From an uncultured Clostridia bacterium (GTDB lineage: Bacteria; Bacillota; Clostridia; Christensenellales; UBA1242), in assembly GCA_944383315.1 (NCBI GenBank), contig CALWPB010000001.1, positions 29,197 to 93,196 on the forward strand: a DNA stretch of 64,000 bases, given 5' to 3'. The notes beneath the pieces are model-generated. The model had not been told where the DNA came from. It saw nothing but the letters and a program-made list of their open reading frames with translations, and ran no database searches. Of this stretch, positions 1 to 10,453 are shown piece after piece. The translations under genes were made by a program, and so were the position numbers. How positions within the stretch are numbered: the first letter of the stretch is position 1; every line of letters begins with the position of its first letter.

Positions 1-1152
1 GTAGTACCAAAGCCAAAAGACTATTCCAAATTACCGTGGACTGAGGAATTTAGAGATAAATTTCCTACACGCAAGGCAGAAAAGTATTTTGCGGAAAATA
101 TGAAGTATGATGATTTAAGCGATTTTCTCTTTGCGGAAAAACACGTTGATTTTAGAAAAGCTGGATTACTTGTGGATGCGTTAAAAGCAGATAAAGGTAT
201 CGTACGAAATGATAATGAGATTTTGCTTACTATAAATTTACCATTTTGCGAGTGGCGTTGTGTGAATTGCAAACGAAATATGTATCAGCGCAGTAAATGC
301 CTTGATGCTTATATGTATTATATAGACGCATTGATAAAAGAGATTCAATTAACGCGCGAAATCATCGCAAAAAAATGTTATATTGTGAAAGCAATATGTT
401 ATACTGGTAATTTATTGGCGCTAGATGTACCAGAGTTAGAAAGAGTTTTATCACAGTGTACATATTCTTTGAGTGAAATTAATGTTGAACTTGGAAACCC
501 TAAATTTGTTACGCGTGAAAAACTTGAAATACTAAAAAAATATAATGTTTCTCGAATAATTGTAAATGCTTTGACTTTCAATACTGTAACTTTGAGGAAA
601 CTTTGTCGCAGATATGAATTTAAAGACGTCTATGCCTTTTATAAAATGATTGCCGAATTTGGTTTTGAATTGAGTATTGAATTGTGTGCAGGGCTGCTAA
701 ATGAACGTGAATTACAGTTAAAACGTAATATTAAACTTGCTGTTGAGTTGGGAGCAACTTGCATAGATTTATATTCAAGATTTTGTCCTATGGGTAATAA
801 TTTAGAGCCTATAACAAATCAAAACGCCATCAATGAGCAACGAAAAATACTTGAAGAAGCAGGCAATTTTATGAAATCCATAGGTTTTAAACCATATTTT
901 CTATTTTGTACCGAAGTTGAAAATGGTTGTTTTGAAAATGTAGGCTATACTTTGGCAAATAAAAAAAGTAAGTTTATCGAAGACAAAAGTTGGGAAGTAT
1001 CAACTATTATCGGTTGTGGTACAAGTGCTCAAAATGTTATTGTTAAAAACCTGCACAATACACGTAAAACACAAAGTAATACTTATGATTTGGGGCAATA
1101 TGTTTTCGGAATTGAGCAGATTTTAGAGCAGAAACGTAGATTTTTTGAGTAA
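1..1152 (+). CDS. Radical SAM protein, HemN/HemZ-like (coproporphyrinogen dehydrogenase family); 5' end lies outside the window
   Basis: Frame 1 is open from base 1 and in frame with the listed ORF 100..1152. CX3CX2C radical-SAM cluster motif (CEWRCVNC). Length and layout resemble HemN/HemZ-type proteins. Confidence 0.6.
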   Translation, partial: VVPKPKDYSKLPWTEEFRDKFPTRKAEKYFAENMKYDDLSDFLFAEKHVDFRKAGLLVDALKADKGIVRNDNEILLTINLPFCEWRCVNCKRNMYQRSKCLDAYMYYIDALIKEIQLTREIIAKKCYIVKAICYTGNLLALDVPELERVLSQCTYSLSEINVELGNPKFVTREKLEILKKYNVSRIIVNALTFNTVTLRKLCRRYEFKDVYAFYKMIAEFGFELSIELCAGLLNERELQLKRNIKLAVELGATCIDLYSRFCPMGNNLEPITNQNAINEQRKILEEAGNFMKSIGFKPYFLFCTEVENGCFENVGYTLANKKSKFIEDKSWEVSTIIGCGTSAQNVIVKNLHNTRKTQSNTYDLGQYVFGIEQILEQKRRFFE

Positions 1153-1272
1153 ATAGTCTTTACAAAAATAGATTATTATGTTAATATAAATATATACCTT
1201 TTTCACGGTTTTACAGATTTACTCCGTGTAATACCTTGATTAAGGCGAATTTAAATAAGGAGTATTTTGGTT

Positions 1273-1524
1273 ATGAACAAGCAAGAAATTATTGCCAAGT
1301 TCGCTAGAAAAGAAGGCGACACAGGTTCTACAGAAGTGCAAATTGCTTTGCTTTCTGCACGTATTCTTGAGTTGACAGAACACTTGAAGCAACATCCAAA
1401 AGATAACCACTCTCGTAGAGGTTTGTTGAAAATGGTTGGTAAGCGCAAAGGTTTGTTAAACTATCTTGAAAAGACTGACCTTGAGAAATACAGAGCCTTG
1501 AAAACTGAACTTGGTATTCGTTAA
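1273..1524 (+). CDS. rpsO: 30S ribosomal protein S15
   Basis: Unmistakable S15 sequence ([38 protein letters not shown]). AAGGAG at 1257-1262 fits the ATG at 1273 better than the TTG at 1267. Confidence 0.95.
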   Translation: MNKQEIIAKFARKEGDTGSTEVQIALLSARILELTEHLKQHPKDNHSRRGLLKMVGKRKGLLNYLEKTDLEKYRALKTELGIR

Positions 1525-1530
1525 TAGAAA

Positions 1531-1556
1531 AAGCAAGATAACTTGCTTTTTTTGTT
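1531..1556 (+). terminator. Rho-independent terminator after rpsO
   Basis: Stem aagcaag/cttgctt (1531-1537 / 1542-1548), 4-nt loop, followed by a T-run. Confidence 0.8.
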
Positions 1557-1602
1557 TTTTATAAGGCTTTGTTTTTTAATTAATTTGTGATATAATAAAT
1601 CT

Positions 1603-2337
1603 ATGTTTATAGATTCACATTCGCATTTGTTTGATATAAAGAATACAAATATTGATTTTACGGGCATTGATGCTTGTATTGTTTTGAGTTATGATGTTTC
1701 GAATTTTGACTCTGCTCTTTCATTTTGTAATAAGCATAGTAAATGCTTTTGCGGTTTGGGTGTTTATCCTGAATTTGCAAATAGTTTCAATGCAGAAACG
1801 GAGCAATTCATTATTAAGCACGCGAAGGATATTGTTGCAATAGGGGAAATAGGACTAGATAGCGCTTTTGGTAATTATGAGACGCAAATCAATGCTTTTT
1901 CTCAACAAATATCACTTGCTAGCAAATTGGGTTTGCCAATTTCGGTACATTTGCGAACGAAACAAGATTATGAGCAGTTTTTTAATCTCATTGTGGGATT
2001 TTCTCAAAAGAGCATTTTACACGCGTTTCACGGTGATAAGGATGATTGTGTCCGCGCACTTGATTTGGGGTGCTATATATCATTTGCTGGGAATATCACA
2101 TACAAACGCAATCAATTTTTACGCGATTTAGTAAAATATATACCTGATGATAGATTATTGATTGAAACTGACTCACCATCAATATTACCCGCACAATTTC
2201 AGCGACACGGAGAGAATCAGCCAGCAAATATACATTATACTGCCGAAGTGATTGCAGTATTAAAAAATAAAACGGTTGAACAAATAGCAGAAATTACACG
2301 ACAGAATGCTATAAATATATTCAAATTAAAGGTATAA
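1603..2337 (+). CDS. tatD: TatD-family metal-dependent hydrolase/DNase
   Basis: N-terminal FIDSHSHL motif, internal GEIGLD, and C-terminal ETDSP motif typical of TatD/YabD. Confidence 0.85.
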   Translation: MFIDSHSHLFDIKNTNIDFTGIDACIVLSYDVSNFDSALSFCNKHSKCFCGLGVYPEFANSFNAETEQFIIKHAKDIVAIGEIGLDSAFGNYETQINAFSQQISLASKLGLPISVHLRTKQDYEQFFNLIVGFSQKSILHAFHGDKDDCVRALDLGCYISFAGNITYKRNQFLRDLVKYIPDDRLLIETDSPSILPAQFQRHGENQPANIHYTAEVIAVLKNKTVEQIAEITRQNAINIFKLKV

Positions 2338-2340
2338 ATT

Positions 2341-3027
2341 ATGGAATTTCAGCGTTTTGAAATGCAAATAGGAAAAGAAAATTTAGCAAAATTAAACACA
2401 CAGCGCGTAGCAATATTTGGACTTGGTGGAGTTGGTGGACAAGTTGCAGAAACATTGTCCCGAAGTGGCATAGGTAACTTTACACTTGTAGATAAAGATA
2501 TTATAGACACTACTAATATCAATAGACAAATTATCGCATTACATAGTACTTTATATGCTAAAAAAGTGGATATTTGTGCAGAGCGTATACAAGACATAAA
2601 CCCAAATACACGAATTGAAAAACTTTATGTTGAATTTAATGAAAATACGATTCTTGATTTTTCGCAATTTGATTATGTAGTGGATGCTGTCGATGATTTG
2701 AATGCCAAATTTGAGATAATAAAGCGAGCAAAATTGGTGGGCATTCCTGTAATTTCAGCAATGGGTGCAGGTAATAAACTTGATATAACAGCATTAAAAG
2801 TAGCAGATATTGAAAAAACAAATACTTGCCCTTTAGCGCGAATAATGAGAGAACGGTTAAAAAAGGCGGGAATTAGTGGCGTAAAATGTGTTTTTTCAAC
2901 GGAAAAGCCTGTTTGCATTGATAGTAAAACTATATCAAGTAATGCTTTCGTACCAGCAGTTATGGGGATAATGATTGCACGTGAAGTTGTACTTGATTTG
3001 ATAAATTATAAAGGAAATGAAAAATGA
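2341..3027 (+). CDS. tcdA: ThiF/MoeB-family protein, tRNA threonylcarbamoyladenosine dehydratase-like
   Basis: Rossmann GLGGVGG motif, about 230 aa, ThiF-family layout without a rhodanese domain. Confidence 0.7.
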   Translation: MEFQRFEMQIGKENLAKLNTQRVAIFGLGGVGGQVAETLSRSGIGNFTLVDKDIIDTTNINRQIIALHSTLYAKKVDICAERIQDINPNTRIEKLYVEFNENTILDFSQFDYVVDAVDDLNAKFEIIKRAKLVGIPVISAMGAGNKLDITALKVADIEKTNTCPLARIMRERLKKAGISGVKCVFSTEKPVCIDSKTISSNAFVPAVMGIMIAREVVLDLINYKGNEK

Positions 3028-4064
3028 AAATTTTACAAGATTACAGTTTAAATGAATTACAAGAACTTATGCTCCAGTATGGTGAGCAGAAATTTAGAGC
3101 AAAGCAAATACTTGATAATTTAAATTTAGGTAAGAGCATTTCATCTTTTACGAACATTTCAAAAGAATTGAAAGGAAAATTACTAAATGAATTTGCAGAT
3201 TTGCCTTTGAAAATTTATACAGAACAGCATAGTAAAGACGGGACTATTAAATATGCCTATGAATTAAGTGACAAGAATATTGTAGAAGGTGTTTTATTGT
3301 CTTACAAATATGGCAACACACTTTGTGTTTCAACGCAGGTCGGGTGTAGAATGGGGTGTAAGTTTTGCGCTTCCACTTTGCACGGTTTAGTGAGAAATCT
3401 TACTGCTGGTGAAATTTTAGCGCAAGTATTGACAGTTAATGCTTTATTGGGTGGTAAAATTGGAAAGCATCGCAAAATTACTAATATTGTGCTTATGGGA
3501 ATGGGAGAACCTCTAGATAATTATGACAATGTAGTTAAATTTATTAGACTAGTATCCGCCCCCGAGGGCTTGAATGTTTCTCCACGTAATATTTCTGTGT
3601 CCACGTGTGGCATTGTTCCTAATATGTATAGATTGGCAGATGAAGGGCTACCTGTTATACTGACAATTTCTTTGCACGCACCAAATGATACTTTACGCAA
3701 ATCAATAATGCCCATTGCCAATAAATATAAAATTAGCGAAATTATTGCCGCTGCAAAGAATTATTTCAACAAAACAGGACGCCGAGTTGTATTTGAATAT
3801 GCTCTTACGGATGGAATTAATAATACACCTGAGTGTGCGTCTGAACTTGCTAGACTTGTAAAAGGCTTTCCTACTCACGTTAATCTTATACCGTTAAATG
3901 AAGTGTCTGAACGTGATTTGCGTACTGTTACTCACAAGCAAGCCGAAAAATTCGCTGATTTTCTCAAAAAATACGGCATTTCGGTAACTATCCGTAGGAC
4001 AATGGCTGATGACATAGACGGGGCTTGCGGGCAGTTACGGAACAGTATAGTAGAAGAAAAATAA
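3024..4064 (+). CDS. rlmN: 23S rRNA/tRNA (adenine-C2)-methyltransferase RlmN (radical SAM)
   Basis: CRMGCKFC cluster motif, MGMGEPLDN, and C-terminal GACGQL, all typical of RlmN/Cfr. Its start overlaps the end of tcdA by 4 nt. Confidence 0.9.
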   Translation: MKILQDYSLNELQELMLQYGEQKFRAKQILDNLNLGKSISSFTNISKELKGKLLNEFADLPLKIYTEQHSKDGTIKYAYELSDKNIVEGVLLSYKYGNTLCVSTQVGCRMGCKFCASTLHGLVRNLTAGEILAQVLTVNALLGGKIGKHRKITNIVLMGMGEPLDNYDNVVKFIRLVSAPEGLNVSPRNISVSTCGIVPNMYRLADEGLPVILTISLHAPNDTLRKSIMPIANKYKISEIIAAAKNYFNKTGRRVVFEYALTDGINNTPECASELARLVKGFPTHVNLIPLNEVSERDLRTVTHKQAEKFADFLKKYGISVTIRRTMADDIDGACGQLRNSIVEEK

Positions 4065-4090
4065 AGAACCGAAAGTCTTCGGTTCTTTTT
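4063..4090. terminator. Bidirectional terminator between rlmN and the convergent kinase gene
   Basis: Stem agaaccgaa/ttcggttct with loop agtc, flanked by A-run and T-run. Confidence 0.8.
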
Positions 4091-4745
4091 ATATTGCCTG
4101 CATTTGTATATTAGGTGTTTTTGCCTTTATCGGCTTATCAATTAGTGGTTTATTGTATGCGCGAGCATATTCCAATTTGATTATATCACAAATAGTGTCT
4201 ACACTCTTTTGTAAATCGTCATTTGTAATTATATAGTCATAATTGGTATGACGTTTTATGACGCGTTCTTTTATTAGTTCCTTTTCGCGTTCTTCTATAT
4301 TAGTATTGTCATTGCGCTTTCGCATTCTTTCTACAAGCACTTCATCTGGAGCATCTACAAGAATAGTGACTACAGGAAGTTCAGGTAATTGCTTTTTTGA
4401 AAGAATATAATTTATGCGCTTCTTTACATTCATACAGCCTTCTACGTCAAAGTCTTTTATAACCGTCTTAGTGCCTTTTAAAGCGCTTGTAATGGCATTT
4501 AAGTCAGTGCCATATAAATTACCATAGATTTTCTTGGCTTCTATTATATCGTGCGATTTTATGCGCTCTTTGAATTGTTGAGGAGTAAGGAAATAATAGT
4601 CTTTGCCGTTCACTTCACCTTGTCGTGGCTGTCTTGTAGTACACGTAGGGAAACGCTTGATACTATCTGTACCCAGTTGCTCTATAACTTTACTAATTAT
4701 TGTAGTTTTTCCCGCCCCCGCGCTACCAGCGATTATAAATAGCAT
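4089..4745 (-). CDS. Guanylate kinase-family protein (paralogue with a C-terminal extension)
   Basis: P-loop GSAGAGKTT, plus TTRQPRQGEVNGKDYYF and YGT motifs of guanylate kinases. The start is placed at the ATG (4745) preceded by GGAG, because the TTG at 4805 used by the ORF track is the -35 box of the promoter. Confidence 0.75.
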   Translation of the reverse strand: MLFIIAGSAGAGKTTIISKVIEQLGTDSIKRFPTCTTRQPRQGEVNGKDYYFLTPQQFKERIKSHDIIEAKKIYGNLYGTDLNAITSALKGTKTVIKDFDVEGCMNVKKRINYILSKKQLPELPVVTILVDAPDEVLVERMRKRNDNTNIEEREKELIKERVIKRHTNYDYIITNDDLQKSVDTICDIIKLEYARAYNKPLIDKPIKAKTPNIQMQAI

Positions 4746-4776
4746 ATATTCTCCATATATAATATTTTTCATATAA

Positions 4777-4805
4777 AATATACCAAATTTCTGCAAATCT
4801 GTCAA
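4777..4805 (-). promoter_or_regulatory. Sigma-A type promoter for the guanylate kinase-like gene
   Basis: On the minus strand: TTGACA (4805-4800), 17-nt spacer, TATATT (4782-4777). Confidence 0.6.
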
Positions 4806-4868
4806 TATGGTTTTGTAGTATAAATCATAAACTCAGGAAAATCTTAATATTTTAATAGTGGAGGGATT

Positions 4869-5582
4869 ATGTCAAAGGCTTTTAAAATTTTTCGCTCAGT
4901 TGGTGTAAATGCGGTTATTGTGCTAATGCTTGGATTTTTATGTGTATTAACAATTAATAATGACGTAAAAAGTGTGTTTAATCCTAATTTAGCAGATGTT
5001 TATTATAAAGGAAATACAAATGAAAACAATGTGTCGCTTATGATAAACGTTTATTGGGGGAATGAGTATTTAGGTGATATGTTAAAGACACTGCGAGAAT
5101 ATGAAGTAAAAGTAACATTTTTTGTTGGTGGAATGTGGGTGTCTAAATATCCAGAAGAATTTACAAACTTAGTGAATGAAGGACACGAAATAGGAAATCA
5201 CGGATATTTTCACAAGGATATGGATAAACTCTCGTACCAAGATAATCAGCAAGAGATATTAAATACTCATAAAGTTGTAAAAGCATACACGGGGGCGGAT
5301 ATGAATTTGTTTGCTCCTCCATCGGGAGCTTTCAATAATTACACAATAGAAAGTGCAACAGCATTGGGCTATAAAGTGATTATGTGGAGCCGTGATACTA
5401 TAGATTGGCGCGACCAAGATACAAATTTAATTTATGATAGAGCAACAAAAAACCTTTCTAATGGTGAGTTAGTACTGATGCACCCTACACAATGCACTGC
5501 TAAAGCTCTACCGCAAATACTGGAGTACTGTAAAACACATAATCTCAATGTTGTTCCTGTTTCTGATAATATCTCAGTCTAA
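4869..5582 (+). CDS. Polysaccharide deacetylase, PdaB-like sporulation family
   Basis: N-terminal TM segment. NodB-type motifs (VTFFVGG, EGHEIGNHGYFH, PPSGAF, WSRDTIDW, LMHP) resemble PdaB-type deacetylases. Confidence 0.7.
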   Translation: MSKAFKIFRSVGVNAVIVLMLGFLCVLTINNDVKSVFNPNLADVYYKGNTNENNVSLMINVYWGNEYLGDMLKTLREYEVKVTFFVGGMWVSKYPEEFTNLVNEGHEIGNHGYFHKDMDKLSYQDNQQEILNTHKVVKAYTGADMNLFAPPSGAFNNYTIESATALGYKVIMWSRDTIDWRDQDTNLIYDRATKNLSNGELVLMHPTQCTAKALPQILEYCKTHNLNVVPVSDNISV

Positions 5583-5644
5583 TAAAGTTGCAAAACATAT
5601 TATAAGGTGCTATAATAACCGCATATTAAATAAAGGAGAAAATA

Positions 5645-6913
5645 ATGTATACACTAAAAACTTATAAGAATGGCTTGCGTCTAATACACAATTTTGATAA
5701 CACAAATCAGGCTGTAACGGTTAGTTTCGTAACTTTAGTTGGTGGTAAAGACGAAGATGACTCAAATCGCGGTATAGCACACCTAGCAGAGCATATGTTT
5801 TTTAAAGGGACTACAAATCGAACAAATAAGCAATTAACAAGTGAACTGGATACTTTGGGAATTCTATATAATGCTAGTACAAGTAAGGATTTAACTACAT
5901 TCTATACAATGGGACTTGCTGAACAGTGTGAGAAAATGGTAGATGTATTAGCAGACTGTTTCTTTAATTCAAATTATCCTGAGAATGAATTAAAACTTGA
6001 GAAAGATGTTGTGTGTAGCGAATTATGTATGTACCTAGACGATAATAAGGAACAGATTTTTACAAAAGCCGAAGATTTAGGATTACAAGGAACAGAATAT
6101 GCCTATAATCTTGGAGGTACTGTTGAATCAGTTAGTAAAATAGAACGCGCAGACTTATTGTCGTTTAAGGAAAGGTTCTATAAACCCGAAAGACTTATAA
6201 TTAGTATATCTGGTAATATAGAGTTAGAAGAAGTAGAGCAATTAATAGAAAAATATGTTTTACCAAATTGCAGTACAGATGAAGTAAAACCTGTTGATTA
6301 TGCTACCAATGATTTTGCTATAGATTTAAAAGAACGTATATCATTTACAAAGAAAGATACAGAGCAATTCTATAGTGTAATATCTTTTAGATATATAAAC
6401 CGTACAAAAGAAGATATGTGTAAGTTTTTATGTATGTTACAAGCATTGGGTGGACCTACGGGTTCAAGATTATATAAACAGGTAAGAGAAGAAAAGGGGC
6501 TAGTTTATTCTATAAGTACTCTCTATTCTGAATATGTAAAAAGTATGACAGGTATAATGTTTTATAGTAATAGAGATAAAGCTGAAGCTACATACAAGGC
6601 AATTAGAGAAGTATTAGAAGATATAAGAGAACACGGGTTTAAAGAAGAAGATTTACAAATCGCTAAGAATTCGCGTAAGACATCGCTTGTATTAAGTACT
6701 ATTAATCCAGCTAATAGAGCTATAGGCTGTGCAGACAGATTAATTTACAAAGGTGAATTATTAGATGTCGATAAACAACTTAAAGCCATAGAAGAAGTAA
6801 CATTGCAGGATATTAATGATATGTTTAACAAGTATTTTGACAATAATTATCTTGCAGTTGCATATTTAGCGAAAGACGACAACATTGACCCAATAAAAAT
6901 ACTTAAAGACTAA
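5645..6913 (+). CDS. M16-family (insulinase/pitrilysin-like) zinc peptidase
   Basis: Inverted zinc motif HLAEHMFFKGT (HxxEH), about 420 aa, two-domain M16 layout. Confidence 0.85.
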   Translation: MYTLKTYKNGLRLIHNFDNTNQAVTVSFVTLVGGKDEDDSNRGIAHLAEHMFFKGTTNRTNKQLTSELDTLGILYNASTSKDLTTFYTMGLAEQCEKMVDVLADCFFNSNYPENELKLEKDVVCSELCMYLDDNKEQIFTKAEDLGLQGTEYAYNLGGTVESVSKIERADLLSFKERFYKPERLIISISGNIELEEVEQLIEKYVLPNCSTDEVKPVDYATNDFAIDLKERISFTKKDTEQFYSVISFRYINRTKEDMCKFLCMLQALGGPTGSRLYKQVREEKGLVYSISTLYSEYVKSMTGIMFYSNRDKAEATYKAIREVLEDIREHGFKEEDLQIAKNSRKTSLVLSTINPANRAIGCADRLIYKGELLDVDKQLKAIEEVTLQDINDMFNKYFDNNYLAVAYLAKDDNIDPIKILKD

Positions 6914-7028
6914 TTTCACTACGCGGGGGCGGAAATTTAAAAAACATTCTAGTTTTATTTGTGTTTTTATGCAAAAAATGTTATCATTTTAATATAACAA
7001 AAAGAGCAACTAAAATCGGAGGTTTATT

Positions 7029-9701
7029 TTGCAAAATTACACCGACAGAAATGTAGGAGGTCCTAAAAATAAACTTTCAAAGCGAGCCTCAATAGGCATT
7101 GCTGTTTTAGTTTGCTCTGTTTTTTTGCTATTTTGTATGATATTTAACTTTTTGCCTTTCATACGTTCCTTTATACTGGGCACTTTTGGAATGGCAACTT
7201 ATCCTGTACTTGTAGTTGCTTTGATAATAGGAATAATACTAGCAAGCAATAGGAAATATGTCATAGCAAAAAATTATGTAATTAGTATTTGCGTGCTTTA
7301 CTTTTTGTTAATTTGTGTTTTACAAACTGCACTGACTGATATGTCAGGTGTTGGAATGGGTGAGTATTTAAGTGATACTTATGCAGCAAAGAATACCGCT
7401 GGGGGAGTCATTGCTGGTATATTCGCTTATGGCTTTAGCGCATTATTTAATTATGTCGGCGCATATATTTTATTTGCAATAGGAGCTATAATTTGTGTTG
7501 CTTTTATGATTGATTATTTCTTGAAAATGAAAGATTATAAAAAATTAAATGCTAGAGCTGTAAGTTATCCTATTGAAAAAGAAAATAGTCGTATTCAAGA
7601 AGAAACAGTCAACGTTGACCAACAAATCACGCGCAAACAAAGCCTTATTGAGAGTATGAAAAAACAGGCTAGTGAATCTATTAGTCTTGGGTTAAATGCA
7701 AATAAAGAATTGGTAACTGTTGGAGGCTCTCAAAACGATAACGATAAAATGGCAAATGCCGTTTTTGGTGGCGATTATAAAAGTTTGGTTAATAAAGATA
7801 CAAATACAACTATAAACAATGAAGATTCATTTTCTTTGGATGATTTTATTAATCAGGCAAATAAAAATTCCTTTAATAATTTCAACAAAAACTATGAACA
7901 AAGTATGCAATATACTCCTAGTGGATACAATAGTGCAGAAATAAAGCCTAACAACCAACCGACTGAAGCGAAATTTGCAACAGATTTGCATCTTGAACCA
8001 TTGGAAGAAAAAGTTAATGAATCTATAAGTGTTGAGCAAAATACAAAAGTTGAGAGCGATTCTATACTTGATAATTTAAATAAGATGATAAATGAAGTAC
8101 CTCCAACAGTTGCTCCACCTGTAAATAATTTTAACAATGATTTAAAACCAAATAAACACGAGCAAAAGGCTACTCAACTTGAGATGCAGCAAACAAAGCC
8201 AACCCCAAATCCTACGACCACTTACAAACGTCCAAGTCCGTATGTTCGTCCACCAATAAGTTTGCTTACTACTCAATCTAGCAAACTAGATGGGAGTGAG
8301 GCGGACTTTAAGCAGCACGCAAGAGTGCTTGAAGAAACTTTGGAAAGCTTCAAGATATCAGCGAGTGTTACAGGCATTACTCGTGGACCTGCTGTAACTC
8401 GTTATGAAATTCAAATGCCTGCAGGTATTTCGGTTAAAAAGATTACTCAACATAGTGATGATATTGCAATGATGATGAAATCATACGGTGGTGTTCGTAT
8501 TGAAGCACCGATTCCAGGTAAAAACTTGGTCGGAATTGAAATTCCTAATGAGAAGATTGCGACTATAGGCTTAAACGATATAGTAAATTCACCAGAGTTT
8601 CATAATAGTAAATCACCACTTACCGTTGCATTGGGTAAGGATATTTCTGGTACGATTAAAGTATGTGATTTAGCAGCAATGCCACATTTATTAGTTGCTG
8701 GTGCAACTGGTAGTGGTAAATCTGTATGTTTGAATGTAATCCTTATAAGTTTAATTTACAAGCTTGGTATAGATGACTTGCGTTTGATTCTAATTGACCC
8801 TAAACGTGTGGAATTTACAAGTTATAACGGTTTACCTCATTTGTTGACGCCAGAAGTAATTTGTCAACCAAAACAGGCACTCAATGCATTTGATTGGGCA
8901 ATAAAAGAAATGGATGACCGTTTTGATACATTCCAGAGATTGCGTGTACGTGATATAAACGAATATAACTCGCTTGAAGCAGTATATAAAGGCAAAGAAC
9001 CTAAATTGCCAAGAATCGTTATTGTAGTTGACGAGTTGGCTGACCTTATGATGATGGCGCGCAAAGATTTGGAAGAAAAAATTATGCGTATAGCACAGTT
9101 ATCTCGTGCCGCAGGTATACATTTAATTTTAGCGACACAAAGACCTTCTGTAAATGTAATTACGGGTACTATTAAAGCGAACTTGCCTTCACGTATTGCA
9201 TTTGCTGTAAATAGTTTTGCTGATTCAAATACTATTATCAATCAAGGCGGTGCGGAAAAGTTGCTTGGTCGTGGTGATATGTTATATGCACCTCAAAACC
9301 TTCCTGAACCTGTGCGTATACAATGTCCGTTTATTACTAATACCGAAGTATTGAATATTGTCGAGTATATCAAAAATAACAACGAAAGTGATTTTGATGC
9401 GGAACGTACACAACAAATACTTGATGGAAAAGGGAATAGCAGTAGTGGCGGTGGTGGCGATGATGATTCAGATGGTGTTGAGTTTGATCCAATTTTACCG
9501 AAAGCTCTACTTGATTTCATTCGTGCTGGTACAGGTTCAATCTCTGCAATACAGAGACGTTATTCCGTAGGATATGCTCGTGCCGCAAGAATAGTTGACC
9601 AAATGGAGCAAGCAGGTTTTATCACTGCGCCTGACGGCACAAATAAAAATAGGCAAATCTTAATTGATGAAGCCAAATACAATGAATTATTTTCTAATTA
9701 A
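7029..9701 (+). CDS. ftsK: DNA translocase FtsK/SpoIIIE
   Basis: N-terminal multi-TM region and a long low-complexity linker. Motor domain with Walker A GATGSGKSV, VVDELADLMM and ATQRPS. C-terminal gamma wHTH (QRRYSVGYARAARIVDQME). TTG start preceded by GGAGG. Confidence 0.95.
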   Translation: MQNYTDRNVGGPKNKLSKRASIGIAVLVCSVFLLFCMIFNFLPFIRSFILGTFGMATYPVLVVALIIGIILASNRKYVIAKNYVISICVLYFLLICVLQTALTDMSGVGMGEYLSDTYAAKNTAGGVIAGIFAYGFSALFNYVGAYILFAIGAIICVAFMIDYFLKMKDYKKLNARAVSYPIEKENSRIQEETVNVDQQITRKQSLIESMKKQASESISLGLNANKELVTVGGSQNDNDKMANAVFGGDYKSLVNKDTNTTINNEDSFSLDDFINQANKNSFNNFNKNYEQSMQYTPSGYNSAEIKPNNQPTEAKFATDLHLEPLEEKVNESISVEQNTKVESDSILDNLNKMINEVPPTVAPPVNNFNNDLKPNKHEQKATQLEMQQTKPTPNPTTTYKRPSPYVRPPISLLTTQSSKLDGSEADFKQHARVLEETLESFKISASVTGITRGPAVTRYEIQMPAGISVKKITQHSDDIAMMMKSYGGVRIEAPIPGKNLVGIEIPNEKIATIGLNDIVNSPEFHNSKSPLTVALGKDISGTIKVCDLAAMPHLLVAGATGSGKSVCLNVILISLIYKLGIDDLRLILIDPKRVEFTSYNGLPHLLTPEVICQPKQALNAFDWAIKEMDDRFDTFQRLRVRDINEYNSLEAVYKGKEPKLPRIVIVVDELADLMMMARKDLEEKIMRIAQLSRAAGIHLILATQRPSVNVITGTIKANLPSRIAFAVNSFADSNTIINQGGAEKLLGRGDMLYAPQNLPEPVRIQCPFITNTEVLNIVEYIKNNNESDFDAERTQQILDGKGNSSSGGGGDDDSDGVEFDPILPKALLDFIRAGTGSISAIQRRYSVGYARAARIVDQMEQAGFITAPDGTNKNRQILIDEAKYNELFSN

Positions 9702-9736
9702 ATAATATACTTTTAAGTTAAAAGCAGGAGAATATA

Positions 9737-10447
9737 ATGAATTTACCTAATAAATTATCAATAATAAGAATCTGTTTGGTTCCTTTTGTAATGTTTTTCT
9801 ATCTTGCGCCATTTATTCCTTATGGCAAGATTATAGCGATTGTTCTATTTATAGTTGCCGCTGTTACAGATTTGTTTGACGGAAAAATTGCTAGAAAAAA
9901 CGGTCTTGTTACGGACCTAGGGAAACTGCTTGACCCAATCGCTGATAAAATGCTGATTACTTGTAGTTTGTTTTTAATCGTTTTCGATTTGACTATTGCA
10001 CACCCGTGGGGAATTATAGCGCTTACGATATTGTTTACTCGTGATTGTATAGTGAATGGTGTTAGACAAATTGCGGCGACCAAAGGTGTTGCTGTGGCTG
10101 CTGAAAAAAGTGGTAAAATAAAAGCGATACTCGCTTACATCTACATTCCTTTTTTTATGTTTATTGCTCAACTGAAAATAAGCCTTGCAGGTTTAGCTGC
10201 TTATGATACAGTTATGACTGTTTTCTATGTAATAGGATATATTATGCTTGCAGCAGCAACCATAGTTACTGCGTGGTCTGCCATTGATTATCCATTAAAG
10301 AATAAGGAATTAATATTACCAAAGAAAGGAACAGAAACAGCTAAAGAACAAACTAATGATACAAAAGAAACGGAATTACAAGACCAAGAAATAGAAACAA
10401 CAGACAATCAAGAAACTGAAAATACAGACGAGAAAACAAAGGAATAA
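9737..10447 (+). CDS. pgsA: CDP-diacylglycerol--glycerol-3-phosphate 3-phosphatidyltransferase with an acidic Thr/Glu-rich C-terminal tail
   Basis: CDP-alcohol phosphatidyltransferase motif DLFDGKIARK...LDPIADK. Conserved pgsA-x-recA neighbourhood. Confidence 0.85.
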   Translation: MNLPNKLSIIRICLVPFVMFFYLAPFIPYGKIIAIVLFIVAAVTDLFDGKIARKNGLVTDLGKLLDPIADKMLITCSLFLIVFDLTIAHPWGIIALTILFTRDCIVNGVRQIAATKGVAVAAEKSGKIKAILAYIYIPFFMFIAQLKISLAGLAAYDTVMTVFYVIGYIMLAAATIVTAWSAIDYPLKNKELILPKKGTETAKEQTNDTKETELQDQEIETTDNQETENTDEKTKE

Positions 10448-10453
10448 CATAAT

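Noticed and set aside
4746-4805. Longer N-terminus of the guanylate kinase-like protein.
   Set aside because: The TTG start is the TTGACA -35 hexamer of a well-spaced promoter. The ATG at 4745 has a GGAG SD and immediately precedes the P-loop.
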